Below are positions 11,044 to 20,504 of a DNA stretch of 64,000 bases, one piece after another. A program made the position numbers and the translations under genes. Where the stretch lies: positions 1,413,442 through 1,477,441 of the forward strand of contig JACKPC010000001.1 in the NCBI GenBank assembly GCA_024233835.1. The letters are read 5' to 3'. The stretch is from Leptospiraceae bacterium (GTDB taxonomy: Bacteria; Spirochaetota; Leptospiria; Leptospirales; Leptospiraceae). The stretch's first letter is position 1. Each line of letters starts with the position of its first letter. The notes beneath the pieces are model-generated. The model was given only the letters and a program-made list of their open reading frames with translations. It searched no databases and was not told where the DNA came from.

Positions 11044-11684
11044 TGTCTTTAGCCATTATGGAAAAAGAGTTACCTAATCCGGTTCCGCAGAAAAAGGGCA
11101 GAAGAAGAACCGCTCTCGAAAAAACGCATCGGTTTATCGACCGAAACAGGATGAACGTAGGTTTAAGCCTTTCTCTGATTTTACAGCTCCTGTTGCTATT
11201 TTTCTGGTATGTCCCAAAACCTAGTTTGGAAGATAAGACAAAAAATGTAGCGGAAGATATCGCCTTTGTAGATGTGAATTTACAGGCACCTACGACCAAT
11301 GCTCCTGATATCCCGGATGATGGAGAAATAGAGCTGACAGATAAAAAGATAATAAAAAAAGATGAGCCGGATCCGAGAATCTCCGGTGCACAGGACGCTG
11401 TTTTTTCCGGTGCAACTGCTCCTGTGGATCTAAGTCCTACGGCAAGACCGGAGTATACGGCAGAGGCCAGGTCAAACGGTATCACGGGAACGATTACTCT
11501 GGAGGTGATAATTGCCGATTCGGGGGAAGTTCTGCGGGTGCGCTCGGTGGGAAAAAAGCTCGGTTTTGGTCTTGAGGAAGCAGCCATCCGTACCTACAGA
11601 AAGAAGAAATTCTCTCCTTCTATTCTGGATGGTAAACCGATTACTGTAAAAGTCCTGGTTCCTATTCGATTTAGTCTCAATTAG
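11043..11684 (+). CDS. tonB: Energy transducer TonB (TonB C-terminal domain protein)
   Basis: 213 aa. Single N-terminal TM, acidic/Pro-containing linker, C-terminal TonB_C-like fold ([15 protein letters not shown]...[13 protein letters not shown]). Start overlaps the exbD stop. Confidence 0.7.
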   Translation: MSLAIMEKELPNPVPQKKGRRRTALEKTHRFIDRNRMNVGLSLSLILQLLLLFFWYVPKPSLEDKTKNVAEDIAFVDVNLQAPTTNAPDIPDDGEIELTDKKIIKKDEPDPRISGAQDAVFSGATAPVDLSPTARPEYTAEARSNGITGTITLEVIIADSGEVLRVRSVGKKLGFGLEEAAIRTYRKKKFSPSILDGKPITVKVLVPIRFSLN

Positions 11685-11711
11685 AAAGTCCTCATTTTTT
11701 CAGTCGATTAA

Positions 11712-11731
11712 GCGAGCCATTGGTGGCTCGC
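11712..11731 (+). terminator. GC-rich hairpin (putative terminator) downstream of tonB, part of a repeated AAGTCCTCATTTTTT+hairpin module
   Basis: GCGAGCCA-TTGG-TGGCTCGC perfect 8-bp stem. T-rich tract begins about 17 nt downstream, so terminator strength is uncertain. Confidence 0.4.
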
Positions 11732-11814
11732 CTGAGATAGGCAGTTCCTTTCTTTTCTTTTTTTCCTCTAAAAATCTATCTTGAGTATGGAATGATAGTT
11801 CGAAAATAGAAGTA

Positions 11815-13398
11815 ATGGTTGCGAAGTTTTTAGAGAGAGTTAAGGACTTTTTCCTCCGAGAAGAAGACTTAGGAGAAAGCTATTCGGAAGAATTAAATAT
11901 ACAGGCAAAGAAAGTTTTGATCATTGCCTGTGTGGTAGGAACTTTTATCTGGTTGCCGTATATTTCTCTTGATAGAGTTATTTTAAGCTCGGAACCTTCA
12001 GTTCCTTTTTTACGCCTGGGTTTAAGTCTTGTGAGTTTAATTATTCTTGGTTTGCAATTTTTACCTTCTCTCCAAAAACACAGGACAAAACTTCTGGCCT
12101 GCCTTCTTTTTTATCTCGAAGTATCTACCGGTTTGATAAGTGGAATTTCCAAGTGTAAACCCGTTTATATCGGAGGCTACTACTTTGTTATCCTTGCCCC
12201 TGTTATTCTTCCGATTCAGAGAATGCACGCATACCTGATTCTTATGATTTCTCTTGTAAGTTTCTCAATTTTTGCACTTTTTTTTGGTTCTACTCTAAGT
12301 GGCTACGAAAGTGTTTACCAGATTGCTGATTTTATTGGAGTCGTAATATTTGCGTTTTTCCTAATTTACTATATGGATAGACTCCGTTTTTCTCACTGGA
12401 AAAAAACTTCTCTCGAAAAACAGCAAAGAGAACGCTATAAGCAAAGTGTAGAAATGGTAGAAGGAATTATACAGGAATCTGAAACTTTGCTTAAGGAAGT
12501 AAAGGTAAGCGGAGAAGTTTTAACTACCTTTTCTAATGATTTAAAAAACGTGGTAGACAGGCAAATGCTTATATTTGCAGACAATCAAAAAATCGAGGAA
12601 CACCTACTTTCTTCTTTTAAGAAGTTTAAAGATAAGACGGAAGAGCAAATCCGCTTAAACAATGAGGGGAAAAACTTTGTTACTGTTGTTCAGGGAGAAT
12701 TGGAAGTCAGCAGCACGATTGCTTCAAAAGCCAATATGGAAACGAATAAGGCTTTTTCTGCCGGCAAAGAGAGTATTGTAAAATTAGAGGAAATTCGAAA
12801 TACAATAGATAGACTCAAACAGGAATCCAGGCGAATAGAAGAAATTTCGAGATCAATAAATGAAATAGCTGATAGAACAAATCTTCTTTCTCTGAATGCT
12901 TCTATTGAATCGGCCAGGGCCGGTGTACATGGAAAAGGTTTTGTAGTGGTTGCAGGAGAAGTTTCGAAACTGGCAGACAAGAGTATGGAGTCATCGAGAG
13001 AAATTGGGGGAATTATCAATTCTTCTATACAAACAATTAATGAGGCTTCTAAGAGTATTAAAAATATTTCTTATTCTATCAGTGAAATCAGTATGTTTAT
13101 TGAAAGCGATAAAAAATTTCTCACTACTTTTGGGGAAGTGGTAAAGAGACAGGAAGAGAATATATCAAAATTAGTAAGAAATCTTGATATTTCCAGCCAG
13201 GAGTCGAGGGAAATTGATTTATTGGCCGATGAAAACCTCTCCCGGCTTTCGAGTTCTGAAGATAGAAAGAAACAGCTTCACCGCTTTGCCACCAAGCTAA
13301 AAAATATGTCCGGGAATATAGATGATATTTCTGACAACCTCTATTCCTACATAACCAAACTGAATAAAAAATTGCAGGAAGCGAGGCGTATTCATTAG
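11815..13398 (+). CDS. Methyl-accepting chemotaxis protein with multi-TM N-terminal sensor module
   Basis: C-terminal MCP signalling signature [36 protein letters not shown]-terminal half has about 6 predicted TM helices. Confidence 0.8.
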   Translation: MVAKFLERVKDFFLREEDLGESYSEELNIQAKKVLIIACVVGTFIWLPYISLDRVILSSEPSVPFLRLGLSLVSLIILGLQFLPSLQKHRTKLLACLLFYLEVSTGLISGISKCKPVYIGGYYFVILAPVILPIQRMHAYLILMISLVSFSIFALFFGSTLSGYESVYQIADFIGVVIFAFFLIYYMDRLRFSHWKKTSLEKQQRERYKQSVEMVEGIIQESETLLKEVKVSGEVLTTFSNDLKNVVDRQMLIFADNQKIEEHLLSSFKKFKDKTEEQIRLNNEGKNFVTVVQGELEVSSTIASKANMETNKAFSAGKESIVKLEEIRNTIDRLKQESRRIEEISRSINEIADRTNLLSLNASIESARAGVHGKGFVVVAGEVSKLADKSMESSREIGGIINSSIQTINEASKSIKNISYSISEISMFIESDKKFLTTFGEVVKRQEENISKLVRNLDISSQESREIDLLADENLSRLSSSEDRKKQLHRFATKLKNMSGNIDDISDNLYSYITKLNKKLQEARRIH

Positions 13399-14390
13399 TC
13401 CAACCTTATATAATACGGAATAAAACCTAACTGGTTAGATTTATCAATGTCGATGTAGGTTGTAATTTCTTCATTTATTTTTTGAACCCAGACTACGCTT
13501 GCACTAAGAGTTGCATTTTTGATTTTTTCTTCTTTTCCCTGTAGAGTAGCTTCTATTACTTTTTTAACCGTTTGAATGTTAATAGCTTCCGTGCCTCTGT
13601 GCAGGTTAATAATCAACCAGCCGGTCAAGCCGGTAATGACACCTACAAACTCTTTCTTTCCCCTTTCGTTTACGCAATTGGAATAGTCCTGAAAATTTGG
13701 CGATATATTTTTAGGTTGAGTCTGGGTTCCGATTTCAATGTATAACAATTCGGCTTTAGTGGTACTCTGTTCATCCAATTCATTATCTATCTGGATTCGG
13801 AAAATACTACTGAGTTCCGCCAGATGTTTTTTATCCAGGGTTTTATCTTCAGTTTTCAGGGTATTTTCGAAATCAGCAGAGAGGGAAGTTATTATTTTTT
13901 TCTTATAAATCTGGGAAAGAGAGATAGATTTTGGATGCTGAGAAATTCTTGCATATTTTGTAAACTCATCATAGTGACTACTATGGCAGGATCTGTATTC
14001 GAGTTGCTCGGAAAAAAGATTTCGACTTCGTTCACTTTTATTAATCACCTGATAAATATAATTAGACCAGACTTTTTTAGCCAACTTTTCAAAGATACCT
14101 GTTCTATCTATTTTATGAGATTCTTCTTTGAGCTTTTTTACATCCTCTTTAATATCCTGATTGTGAATGTCATTCGGATCAATTAAAAATTCCGAATAAG
14201 TAATTTCATGAGCCTTCTGCCAGAAGCCCTGAGTAGGTTTACAATCATTTGCATCTTTGTTGTATAAGGTATAGGGGCATAATTCTTCGGTAGGGACATT
14301 CCGTATCCCCAGTTGCCTCGGAACGCTCGAACAATGAGCGGATAAGAATAACACTGTAAACAATAGAATTTTTCTTATACTTTTATTCAT
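13395..14390 (-). CDS. Hypothetical secreted protein or lipoprotein
   Basis: 331 aa with N-terminal signal peptide ([22 protein letters not shown]). No recognizable catalytic motif. Convergent with the MCP and overlapping its stop by 4 bp. Confidence 0.5.
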   Translation of the reverse strand: MNKSIRKILLFTVLFLSAHCSSVPRQLGIRNVPTEELCPYTLYNKDANDCKPTQGFWQKAHEITYSEFLIDPNDIHNQDIKEDVKKLKEESHKIDRTGIFEKLAKKVWSNYIYQVINKSERSRNLFSEQLEYRSCHSSHYDEFTKYARISQHPKSISLSQIYKKKIITSLSADFENTLKTEDKTLDKKHLAELSSIFRIQIDNELDEQSTTKAELLYIEIGTQTQPKNISPNFQDYSNCVNERGKKEFVGVITGLTGWLIINLHRGTEAINIQTVKKVIEATLQGKEEKIKNATLSASVVWVQKINEEITTYIDIDKSNQLGFIPYYIRLD

Positions 14391-14539
14391 CTACATTAGA
14401 CTCTATCGAAATAGTTTAATTTTCTTCTATTCATAAATAATGAATCGGTAATTCCTGTCTTTTTTTATTGAGTAGGCATAAAGTGAGTTTAATTATCCGA
14501 ATCTCTTCTTGACAGGGCAAAGAGGGAAAGAGAGTATGA

Positions 14540-15166
14540 GTGAAAGATTCATTTCGGAGGATAATTTTGTTTAAAAAAATTGCTTTTTTTCTATTTCTTG
14601 TCTTTTTGCTTTCTTATTGTAAGCCTTCTACGAAAACCTGTTCCTTTATTTACGAACCTAAAACTACTAATCTCGAATGGACTGCCTATAAATTTACCCA
14701 GATGCTGGGTGTGAAAGGAAGTTTTAAAGATGTAGATGTAAAGGGCTTGAAAGCAGGTAAAACTATAGAAGAATCGGTGACCGATTTAACATTTTCCATT
14801 AAAACCTCCGGTGTTGATACCAAGCTTCCGGAACGTGATGCAAAGCTTGTAAAATACTTTTTTGCAAAACTTCTTAAGGGAGAAACCTTAGAAGGTAAAT
14901 TTCAAAATGTCGGCTTAAACAAAGCTGATTTAGTATTGAAAATCAATAATGAAGAAAAAACAATACCACTTGAATACAGTATAGAAAATGAGACCAGGGT
15001 AAGCCTAAAAACCAAAATCAACCTTTTAGATTGGAATGCAAAAGAAGCACTTGATTCATTAAATGCGATTTGTAAAGATCTACATACCGGAACAGATGGA
15101 ATTTCAAAACTCTGGCCGGATGTAGAAATCAAAGTAGTTTCAACTTTTCAAAAAAAATGTGAATAA
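14540..15166 (+). CDS. Secreted protein, tentative YceI-like fold (paralog 1)
   Basis: 208 aa, signal peptide. Segment LEWTAYKFTQMLGVKGSFKDVDVKG loosely matches the YceI pattern (H.G......G.F..F.G). Three Cys conserved with the downstream paralog. Confidence 0.45.
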   Translation: MKDSFRRIILFKKIAFFLFLVFLLSYCKPSTKTCSFIYEPKTTNLEWTAYKFTQMLGVKGSFKDVDVKGLKAGKTIEESVTDLTFSIKTSGVDTKLPERDAKLVKYFFAKLLKGETLEGKFQNVGLNKADLVLKINNEEKTIPLEYSIENETRVSLKTKINLLDWNAKEALDSLNAICKDLHTGTDGISKLWPDVEIKVVSTFQKKCE

Positions 15167-15758
15167 TATGAGATACTTTTTCAGCTTCTATATCCTGTTT
15201 TTTAGCCTTCAGCCTTTGTTTTCAAAAGAATGTAAATTCTTTTTTGATAGATATAACTCGCATCTACAGTGGACGGCTTATAAATTTACAGAGAAAATAG
15301 GGGTTGATGGTACATTTAGCCGGTTTAAAGTAAAAAATCTGAGACCTTCTGAGTCCATTATGAAAACGGTTGGTGGAATTGTTTTTGCTATTGACCCGGC
15401 GAGCATTAATACAATGAATAAAACCAGGGATCGAGTGATTCTTCGCCATTTCTTCGGAAACCTGAAAGGACGAAAAAAGATTTATGGAACATTTCGAAAT
15501 ATTTATTCAGACTCAGCCCAATTAGTTTTGAGTATGAATAAGAAGAAAATCAAGACCCCGGTTAAATATTCGATTATCGGAGAAGACCAACTGGAAGTAA
15601 GCGGAACTTTGGATCTCACGGAATGGAATGCTCAAAAAGCTCTTCATAAGCTAAACATTGCCTGTACAGATACCCATAAAGGTAAGGATGGTTTGAGTTA
15701 TCTCTGGCCTCTTGTAGATTTTAAAGTAATTGCTAAATTTACAAAAGCGTGTAAGTAG
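15159..15758 (+). CDS. Secreted protein, tentative YceI-like fold (paralog 2)
   Basis: 199 aa, signal peptide. LQWTAYKFTEKIGVDGTFSRFKVKNL and LNIACTDTHKGKDG align with paralog 1 (about 30-35% identity by eye). 8-bp overlap with the upstream gene. Confidence 0.45.
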   Translation: MNNMRYFFSFYILFFSLQPLFSKECKFFFDRYNSHLQWTAYKFTEKIGVDGTFSRFKVKNLRPSESIMKTVGGIVFAIDPASINTMNKTRDRVILRHFFGNLKGRKKIYGTFRNIYSDSAQLVLSMNKKKIKTPVKYSIIGEDQLEVSGTLDLTEWNAQKALHKLNIACTDTHKGKDGLSYLWPLVDFKVIAKFTKACK

Positions 15759-15906
15759 GGATTTTTGATTAGAAATAAGTATATACCTTACACATAGGGC
15801 CGAATTCCTTCTGTTCTTAGCTGACTCTCTTTTAATTAAAGAAAAACTTCCGGTTTTTTAAGGATAAACCCAAACGATAGATAATTGTTCTGGATGAAAC
15901 ATAATT

Positions 15907-16377
15907 TTGAGGTTTTTGAGGATGAAAAAATCAATCTACAGTCTCTTCATTTTAACTCTATTCTTCCTTTTTTCCTGTATTCGGGCTATTGATTACTATA
16001 ATGCGAGGGGGGCAGAAACGGATATGTCAAATTTCATGAAACAGGCCGGTCTTCCGACTAAAAATCTCGAGTGTAGGATGTTAGATGGTAGCAGAATTTT
16101 CACCTGCCTAATTGATATCAATGAAGAAGAAGTCCAAAAGTTGATTCGGAACTTTAAGCTATTACCGGGAAAAGCAGATATGGTAAAACCCTATCCTCCT
16201 AAGGAGTCTTCACCTGTTGGATGTGAAGAACTCCCTGATTTTTCCCCCGATTTAATAGAGGAATACAGAACCGAAAAATATAGGCCGAAAGAAACCGGTG
16301 GTTTTGATTTTTTTCGTATTTTATTTAATAAAACTGAAAAAAAAGGCTGTATTCATAGCGCTTATGGATACGGATAA
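15907..16377 (+). CDS. Hypothetical lipoprotein
   Basis: 156 aa. Signal peptide with lipobox-like LFSC. No recognizable domain. Confidence 0.4.
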   Translation: MRFLRMKKSIYSLFILTLFFLFSCIRAIDYYNARGAETDMSNFMKQAGLPTKNLECRMLDGSRIFTCLIDINEEEVQKLIRNFKLLPGKADMVKPYPPKESSPVGCEELPDFSPDLIEEYRTEKYRPKETGGFDFFRILFNKTEKKGCIHSAYGYG

Positions 16378-16530
16378 TGAAAGAAACCTATCTTCTTGTT
16401 TTAAGGTTTTTCAATAAATGACGATACTAAATAGCGAACCGGTACGTGAAAAAACTATGGCCGGAAAATCGGGTGACAAATTTCTTAGATTTATTATCCT
16501 GAAGAATATCTAATTTGGAGTTTAAATGCT

Positions 16531-17637
16531 ATGGGTGAAGGCTCACTTTCGCAAGACGAGATAGATGCACTATTGGCAGGTGCCGATGATACTCCTTTCG
16601 CTGATCCGGGAAGTGGAGGTGGTGGCGGTAGCACAATTGTACCTCCTATGTCTCCGGTAGATAAAGAGCTACTGGCTGATATCTATAATTCTGCCTTTCA
16701 GATGGGTTCGGGAACGCTTTCTTCGCTTTTATCCAAGCAATCCAGGTTTTCTCCGATAGATGTTCAGGTAAAAAAGCCGGCGGAATTAACTCGTTCTCTC
16801 GGAAATAATAACGCCTATGTAAGTGCCAAATTCCTTTCCCAGGAAGTCAGCGGGAAGTTTACCTTATTGATGCCAGCTGATGATGCTTCCAAATTGGCCA
16901 GTGTTTTTATGGGGGGAATGGCAAAAGGTGATGTAGCAAGCCGAATGAAAGACCTGAAAAGCTGTATGGAACCGGTTTTGAATACAGCAAATAGTGTTAT
17001 ACAACAGAAACTTGGGATTATTCTTCCTGTTTCTTCGTATGATGCAAATATAGCAGCTTCCTCGAATGACATACCCATGCCGGAAGGTAATCAGATTGTT
17101 CAGATGATATTTAATCTGGAAGTGGATGGTCTGCCTACTTTTAAAATGAATGTTTTCTTAAGCCTTCCAACTGCTGAAAATATTCTTGCATTAACCCGAA
17201 AGCACCAGGTTACCCAGCAACAGGCCCAAGAAGTTCATAATATGGGAGGTGGAGGCATTAATATTCAGCATAATCCGGCAGCTTCTGCTTATAGTGGAAT
17301 GTCTCAGGCGCAACAGGTTCCAATAAAGGGAGTGGGTTTCCCTTCTTTATCTACAGCAGGTGCTCCACAGCAGGGAGGAAACCTGAACCTGCTTATGGAC
17401 GTACAGATGTCCCTTACAGTGGAACTCGGAAGAACCAAGATGTATATCAAAGACATTCTGGGTCTCGGAGAGGGTTCTATTATCGAGTTGGATAAACTGG
17501 CCGGCGAGCCGGTTGACCTCCTTGTGAATGGAAAACTGATTGCTAAAGGTGAGGTTGTGGTAATCGATGAAAACTTCGGTGTGCGGGTAACGGATATTGT
17601 GAGTCCAACCGACCGACTCAAAACCGAAGGCAAATAA
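16531..17637 (+). CDS. fliY: Flagellar motor switch phosphatase FliY (CheC-like domain plus C-terminal FliN/SpoA domain)
   Basis: N-terminal CheY-binding peptide LSQDEIDALL. C-terminal SpoA/FliN domain (LTVELGRTKMYIKDILGLGEGSIIELDKLAGEPVDLLVNGKLIAKGEVVVIDENFGVRV). 368 aa, typical of spirochete/Bacillus FliY. Confidence 0.85.
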   Translation: MGEGSLSQDEIDALLAGADDTPFADPGSGGGGGSTIVPPMSPVDKELLADIYNSAFQMGSGTLSSLLSKQSRFSPIDVQVKKPAELTRSLGNNNAYVSAKFLSQEVSGKFTLLMPADDASKLASVFMGGMAKGDVASRMKDLKSCMEPVLNTANSVIQQKLGIILPVSSYDANIAASSNDIPMPEGNQIVQMIFNLEVDGLPTFKMNVFLSLPTAENILALTRKHQVTQQQAQEVHNMGGGGINIQHNPAASAYSGMSQAQQVPIKGVGFPSLSTAGAPQQGGNLNLLMDVQMSLTVELGRTKMYIKDILGLGEGSIIELDKLAGEPVDLLVNGKLIAKGEVVVIDENFGVRVTDIVSPTDRLKTEGK

Positions 17638-17646
17638 AAACAAAAT

Positions 17647-17680
17647 AAGCGACTGTCCAAAAGGAAGTCGCTTTCTTTTA
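17647..17680. terminator. Bidirectional rho-independent terminator between convergent fliY and the FG-GAP lipoprotein gene
   Basis: AAGCGACT-(11-nt loop)-AGTCGCTT perfect 8-bp stem followed by TTTCTTTT. Confidence 0.55.
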
Positions 17681-17750
17681 TCCTATTGTTTCCCTGTTTT
17701 TTAAAAGACTGAAATCATAAAAACTATGTACCTTACATTTCGGTAAAGCC

Positions 17751-20435
17751 CTATTGGTATTTAAAAATATAAGCGGCACCGGAATCAGTAGCTGCGTTAT
17801 CATTAGTAATACTGGCATTATCTGTGTTATAGATTGTATTCAAATTATTGTCTTCACGAGAACTACCGACTATGATATATTTACCACTGATATAAACAGT
17901 TTGGCCGAACTGATCCCCTGCTTTAGTATTTGTTGCTTTCAGGTAAGCATCCTGTGTCCAGATTCCTGTAACCACGTTTCTTTTGAAAACATAAACCGCT
18001 CCGGCATCTGTAGCCGAATCATCATCTGTAAAACTGGCATTATCAGTATTATTGATAGTCGTAGATACATTGTCTTCTAAATAGGCAGAAACTACGGCAT
18101 AATTACCACTGATAGAGATAGAGTTTACGCCAAATTTATCACCGACACCTGTGTTGGTGGGTTTTAAATAGGCATCCTGTATCCAGTTTCCTGTTGTTTC
18201 ATCTCTTTTAAAAATATAGGCAGCACCGGAGTCTGTAGATAAGTCGTTATCTGTGAAACTGGCATTGTCTGTGTTGTTAATCCCTGTAAAATTACTATCT
18301 TCAGTTCGGGCTCCGACAATAGCGAAATTTCCACTGATAGCAACAGAACTGGCGAAATTATCCCCGGCGGCTGTATTACTTCCTTTCAGGTAGGCATCCT
18401 GTATCCAATCACCTGTAGTCGGATCTCTTTTAAAAATATAAGCTGCACCGGAATCAGTAGCTGCGTTGTCATCAGCAATACTACTGTTGTCTACATTATT
18501 AATAGAAGTTGAACTATTGTCTTCGGTAATAGCAGCAACGATTAAATAGTCTCCACTCATAGCAAGTCTCTGGCCGAATGAATCGCTTGCTTCTGCGTTG
18601 GAGGCTTTCAGATAAGCATCCAGAATCCAATCACCTGTGGTCGAATCTCTTTTAAACACATAGACAGCACCGGCACTTGCAGCTGAATCGTCATCTGTAA
18701 AACTCGCATTATCTGTATTATTTATGGAAGTAAAATTGCTGCTTTCTCCGGATGCTCCCACGGCTGCATAGTTTCCACTTATTGTAACACCGGTACCAAA
18801 TTTATCTACGGGTCCAGCATTGGTAGCTTTTAAATAAGCATCCTGAATCCAGTTGCCGGAAGAGTCTCTTTTGAAGATATAGGCTGCACCGCTAGCGTTG
18901 ACAAATGTGGTATCGGTAATACTCCCATTGTCGGTATTGTTGATAGAAGTCGAGCCATTATCTTCATCGGGTGCACCAGCAATGATGTAATCACCACTTA
19001 TGGCAACTTGCCAGCCAAAATTATCTACAGCCTCAGCATTTGTTGTTTTTAAATAGGCATCCTGAATCCAATCACCTGTAGTCGCATCTCTTTTAAATAC
19101 ATAGACAGCACCCGAGTCAGCAACCGAGTTGTCATCTATAAAACTGGCATTGTCGGTATTGTTGATAGTAGTGGAGCTATTGTCTTCAGAATTTACTGCA
19201 ACTACCGCATAATCACCATCAATTGCAACTCTGGAACCAAAACCATTACTCGCGTCATTATTGCTGGCTTTTAAATAGGCATCCTGTATCCAGACACCAT
19301 CTTTGATTGTAATAGGAAGAATTGTGTTAATATTTCCGAAACTATTTGCTGCTGTAATTGTATAATTTTGGCTCGCAGTAATTGTATCTGGAGTTCCGCT
19401 TATAGTGCAATTAGTCGTATTTAAACTCAAGCCTGAGGGCAGAGCAGGAGATACGCTACAAGTAGTTATTGCTCCTACTAAAGTCGGACTTATGCTTACA
19501 GCAATATTCTGGGATAAATTATAACTTGTGTTTGGGTAGGCGATACCGAGGAGTATTTCTGTTTTAATTTCTTCCATTAGGGAATTTATAAATGAGCTTG
19601 AATCCACTTGAGTATCGTTTGTAGTTGTGGTAGTATCAGGGTTTTGGTCTACGGATGAAGGAGTGCTTGTATCTTCTGTAATTGTAGCTACTTCATAAGT
19701 TATTTGGATATTAGAAGGAATTGTAATATCCAATTTCGTAGTATCATTTTTGATTTCTTCGAGAGATTCTTTGGTTGTTTTAGAGCTTAAATCAATTTTA
19801 ATATCTCCCATATCTTTAATCGGAGTTTTAACCGAAATTGTATTTATTTTTCCGGCTTTTAAATTTATTGTATATTCTCCATTACTGTCTGTTAGGCCTC
19901 CTATCGTGTTATCAGTGATGATTCCTTCTGAAAGAAGGTCTCCGGTACAGGAGAAAATCGTGAATCTATCTGATTCGGCCTGGATCTCATTATTATAATA
20001 ATAAACAATAGATTGACCTGAGCGAATATTGTTCAGCTTTGCAATGGACTGAATTTTTTTATTTGTGCTACTCCCATAATAAACTTCATAGCAAGCATTT
20101 GAAGACTTCTGCTCAAATAAATCCGGCTGAATGATTTTCACACATCGTAGATAATTTTTTTTGAAAGAGTAATCAACGCAACGAATAGTATCATTTGAAT
20201 TCTGCCTTCCCTTTTTGGAAAGACTGCTGGAAATACCTGTTGTGTTCAGGATGAGTACAGAGTTTGAGATAGGTTTTCCATTTGCATCGTTTAGCTTGCC
20301 CTTGATGGACATAGATACTTTTTGCTTATTATCATTTTGCAAAAAGAAAAGACGTATCAAAGAATCCTTCCCATCTGAAGAAGTAATCTTACAGGATAAA
20401 AGAAAAAAAAATGGAAAATAGATTAGAATTCTCAA
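17751..20435 (-). CDS. Surface lipoprotein with C-terminal seven-bladed FG-GAP-type beta-propeller (7 tandem repeats of about 74 aa) and N-terminal Ig-like/Thr-rich region
   Basis: 894 aa. Signal peptide with lipobox (FFFLLSC). Seven repeats of the consensus DWIQDAYLK.(S/T)N....D.FG..VAISGDY..VGA..ED....INNTDNASFTDD..A.DSGAAYIFKRD.TTG, an FG-GAP / Ca-binding-loop-like pattern. Confidence 0.8.
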   Translation of the reverse strand: MRILIYFPFFFLLSCKITSSDGKDSLIRLFFLQNDNKQKVSMSIKGKLNDANGKPISNSVLILNTTGISSSLSKKGRQNSNDTIRCVDYSFKKNYLRCVKIIQPDLFEQKSSNACYEVYYGSSTNKKIQSIAKLNNIRSGQSIVYYYNNEIQAESDRFTIFSCTGDLLSEGIITDNTIGGLTDSNGEYTINLKAGKINTISVKTPIKDMGDIKIDLSSKTTKESLEEIKNDTTKLDITIPSNIQITYEVATITEDTSTPSSVDQNPDTTTTTNDTQVDSSSFINSLMEEIKTEILLGIAYPNTSYNLSQNIAVSISPTLVGAITTCSVSPALPSGLSLNTTNCTISGTPDTITASQNYTITAANSFGNINTILPITIKDGVWIQDAYLKASNNDASNGFGSRVAIDGDYAVVAVNSEDNSSTTINNTDNASFIDDNSVADSGAVYVFKRDATTGDWIQDAYLKTTNAEAVDNFGWQVAISGDYIIAGAPDEDNGSTSINNTDNGSITDTTFVNASGAAYIFKRDSSGNWIQDAYLKATNAGPVDKFGTGVTISGNYAAVGASGESSNFTSINNTDNASFTDDDSAASAGAVYVFKRDSTTGDWILDAYLKASNAEASDSFGQRLAMSGDYLIVAAITEDNSSTSINNVDNSSIADDNAATDSGAAYIFKRDPTTGDWIQDAYLKGSNTAAGDNFASSVAISGNFAIVGARTEDSNFTGINNTDNASFTDNDLSTDSGAAYIFKRDETTGNWIQDAYLKPTNTGVGDKFGVNSISISGNYAVVSAYLEDNVSTTINNTDNASFTDDDSATDAGAVYVFKRNVVTGIWTQDAYLKATNTKAGDQFGQTVYISGKYIIVGSSREDNNLNTIYNTDNASITNDNAATDSGAAYIFKYQ
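17754..19300 (-). repeat. Seven tandem repeats of about 222 bp inside the FG-GAP lipoprotein gene, some with long near-identical nucleotide stretches
   Basis: For example 17762-17830 versus 18425-18495 share TTTAAAAATATAAGC(G/T)GCACCGGAATCAGTAGCTGCGTT almost exactly. The motif GCATCCTG(T/A)ATCCA recurs at about 222-bp intervals. Confidence 0.8.
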
Positions 20436-20504
20436 AGCATAAGCTCCTATGAACTTTTAAATTAATCTATAGTTTACCACTTTTCCTGTTTTTGTCGTCT
20501 TCGC

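Noticed and set aside
11015-11587. 190-aa ORF on the minus strand
   Set aside because: Entirely antisense to the well-supported tonB CDS. Ser/Pro/Ala-rich low-complexity translation with no start context. Taken as a shadow ORF.
16418-16513. 31-codon ORF (MTILNSEPVREKTMAGKSGDKFLRFIILKNI) in the fliY upstream region
   Set aside because: Too short, no RBS evident, and lies in a promoter/leader region.
17304-17660. Two overlapping minus-strand ORFs (118 and 98 aa) opposite the fliY 3' end
   Set aside because: Antisense to the highly conserved FliN/SpoA domain coding region. No independent support.
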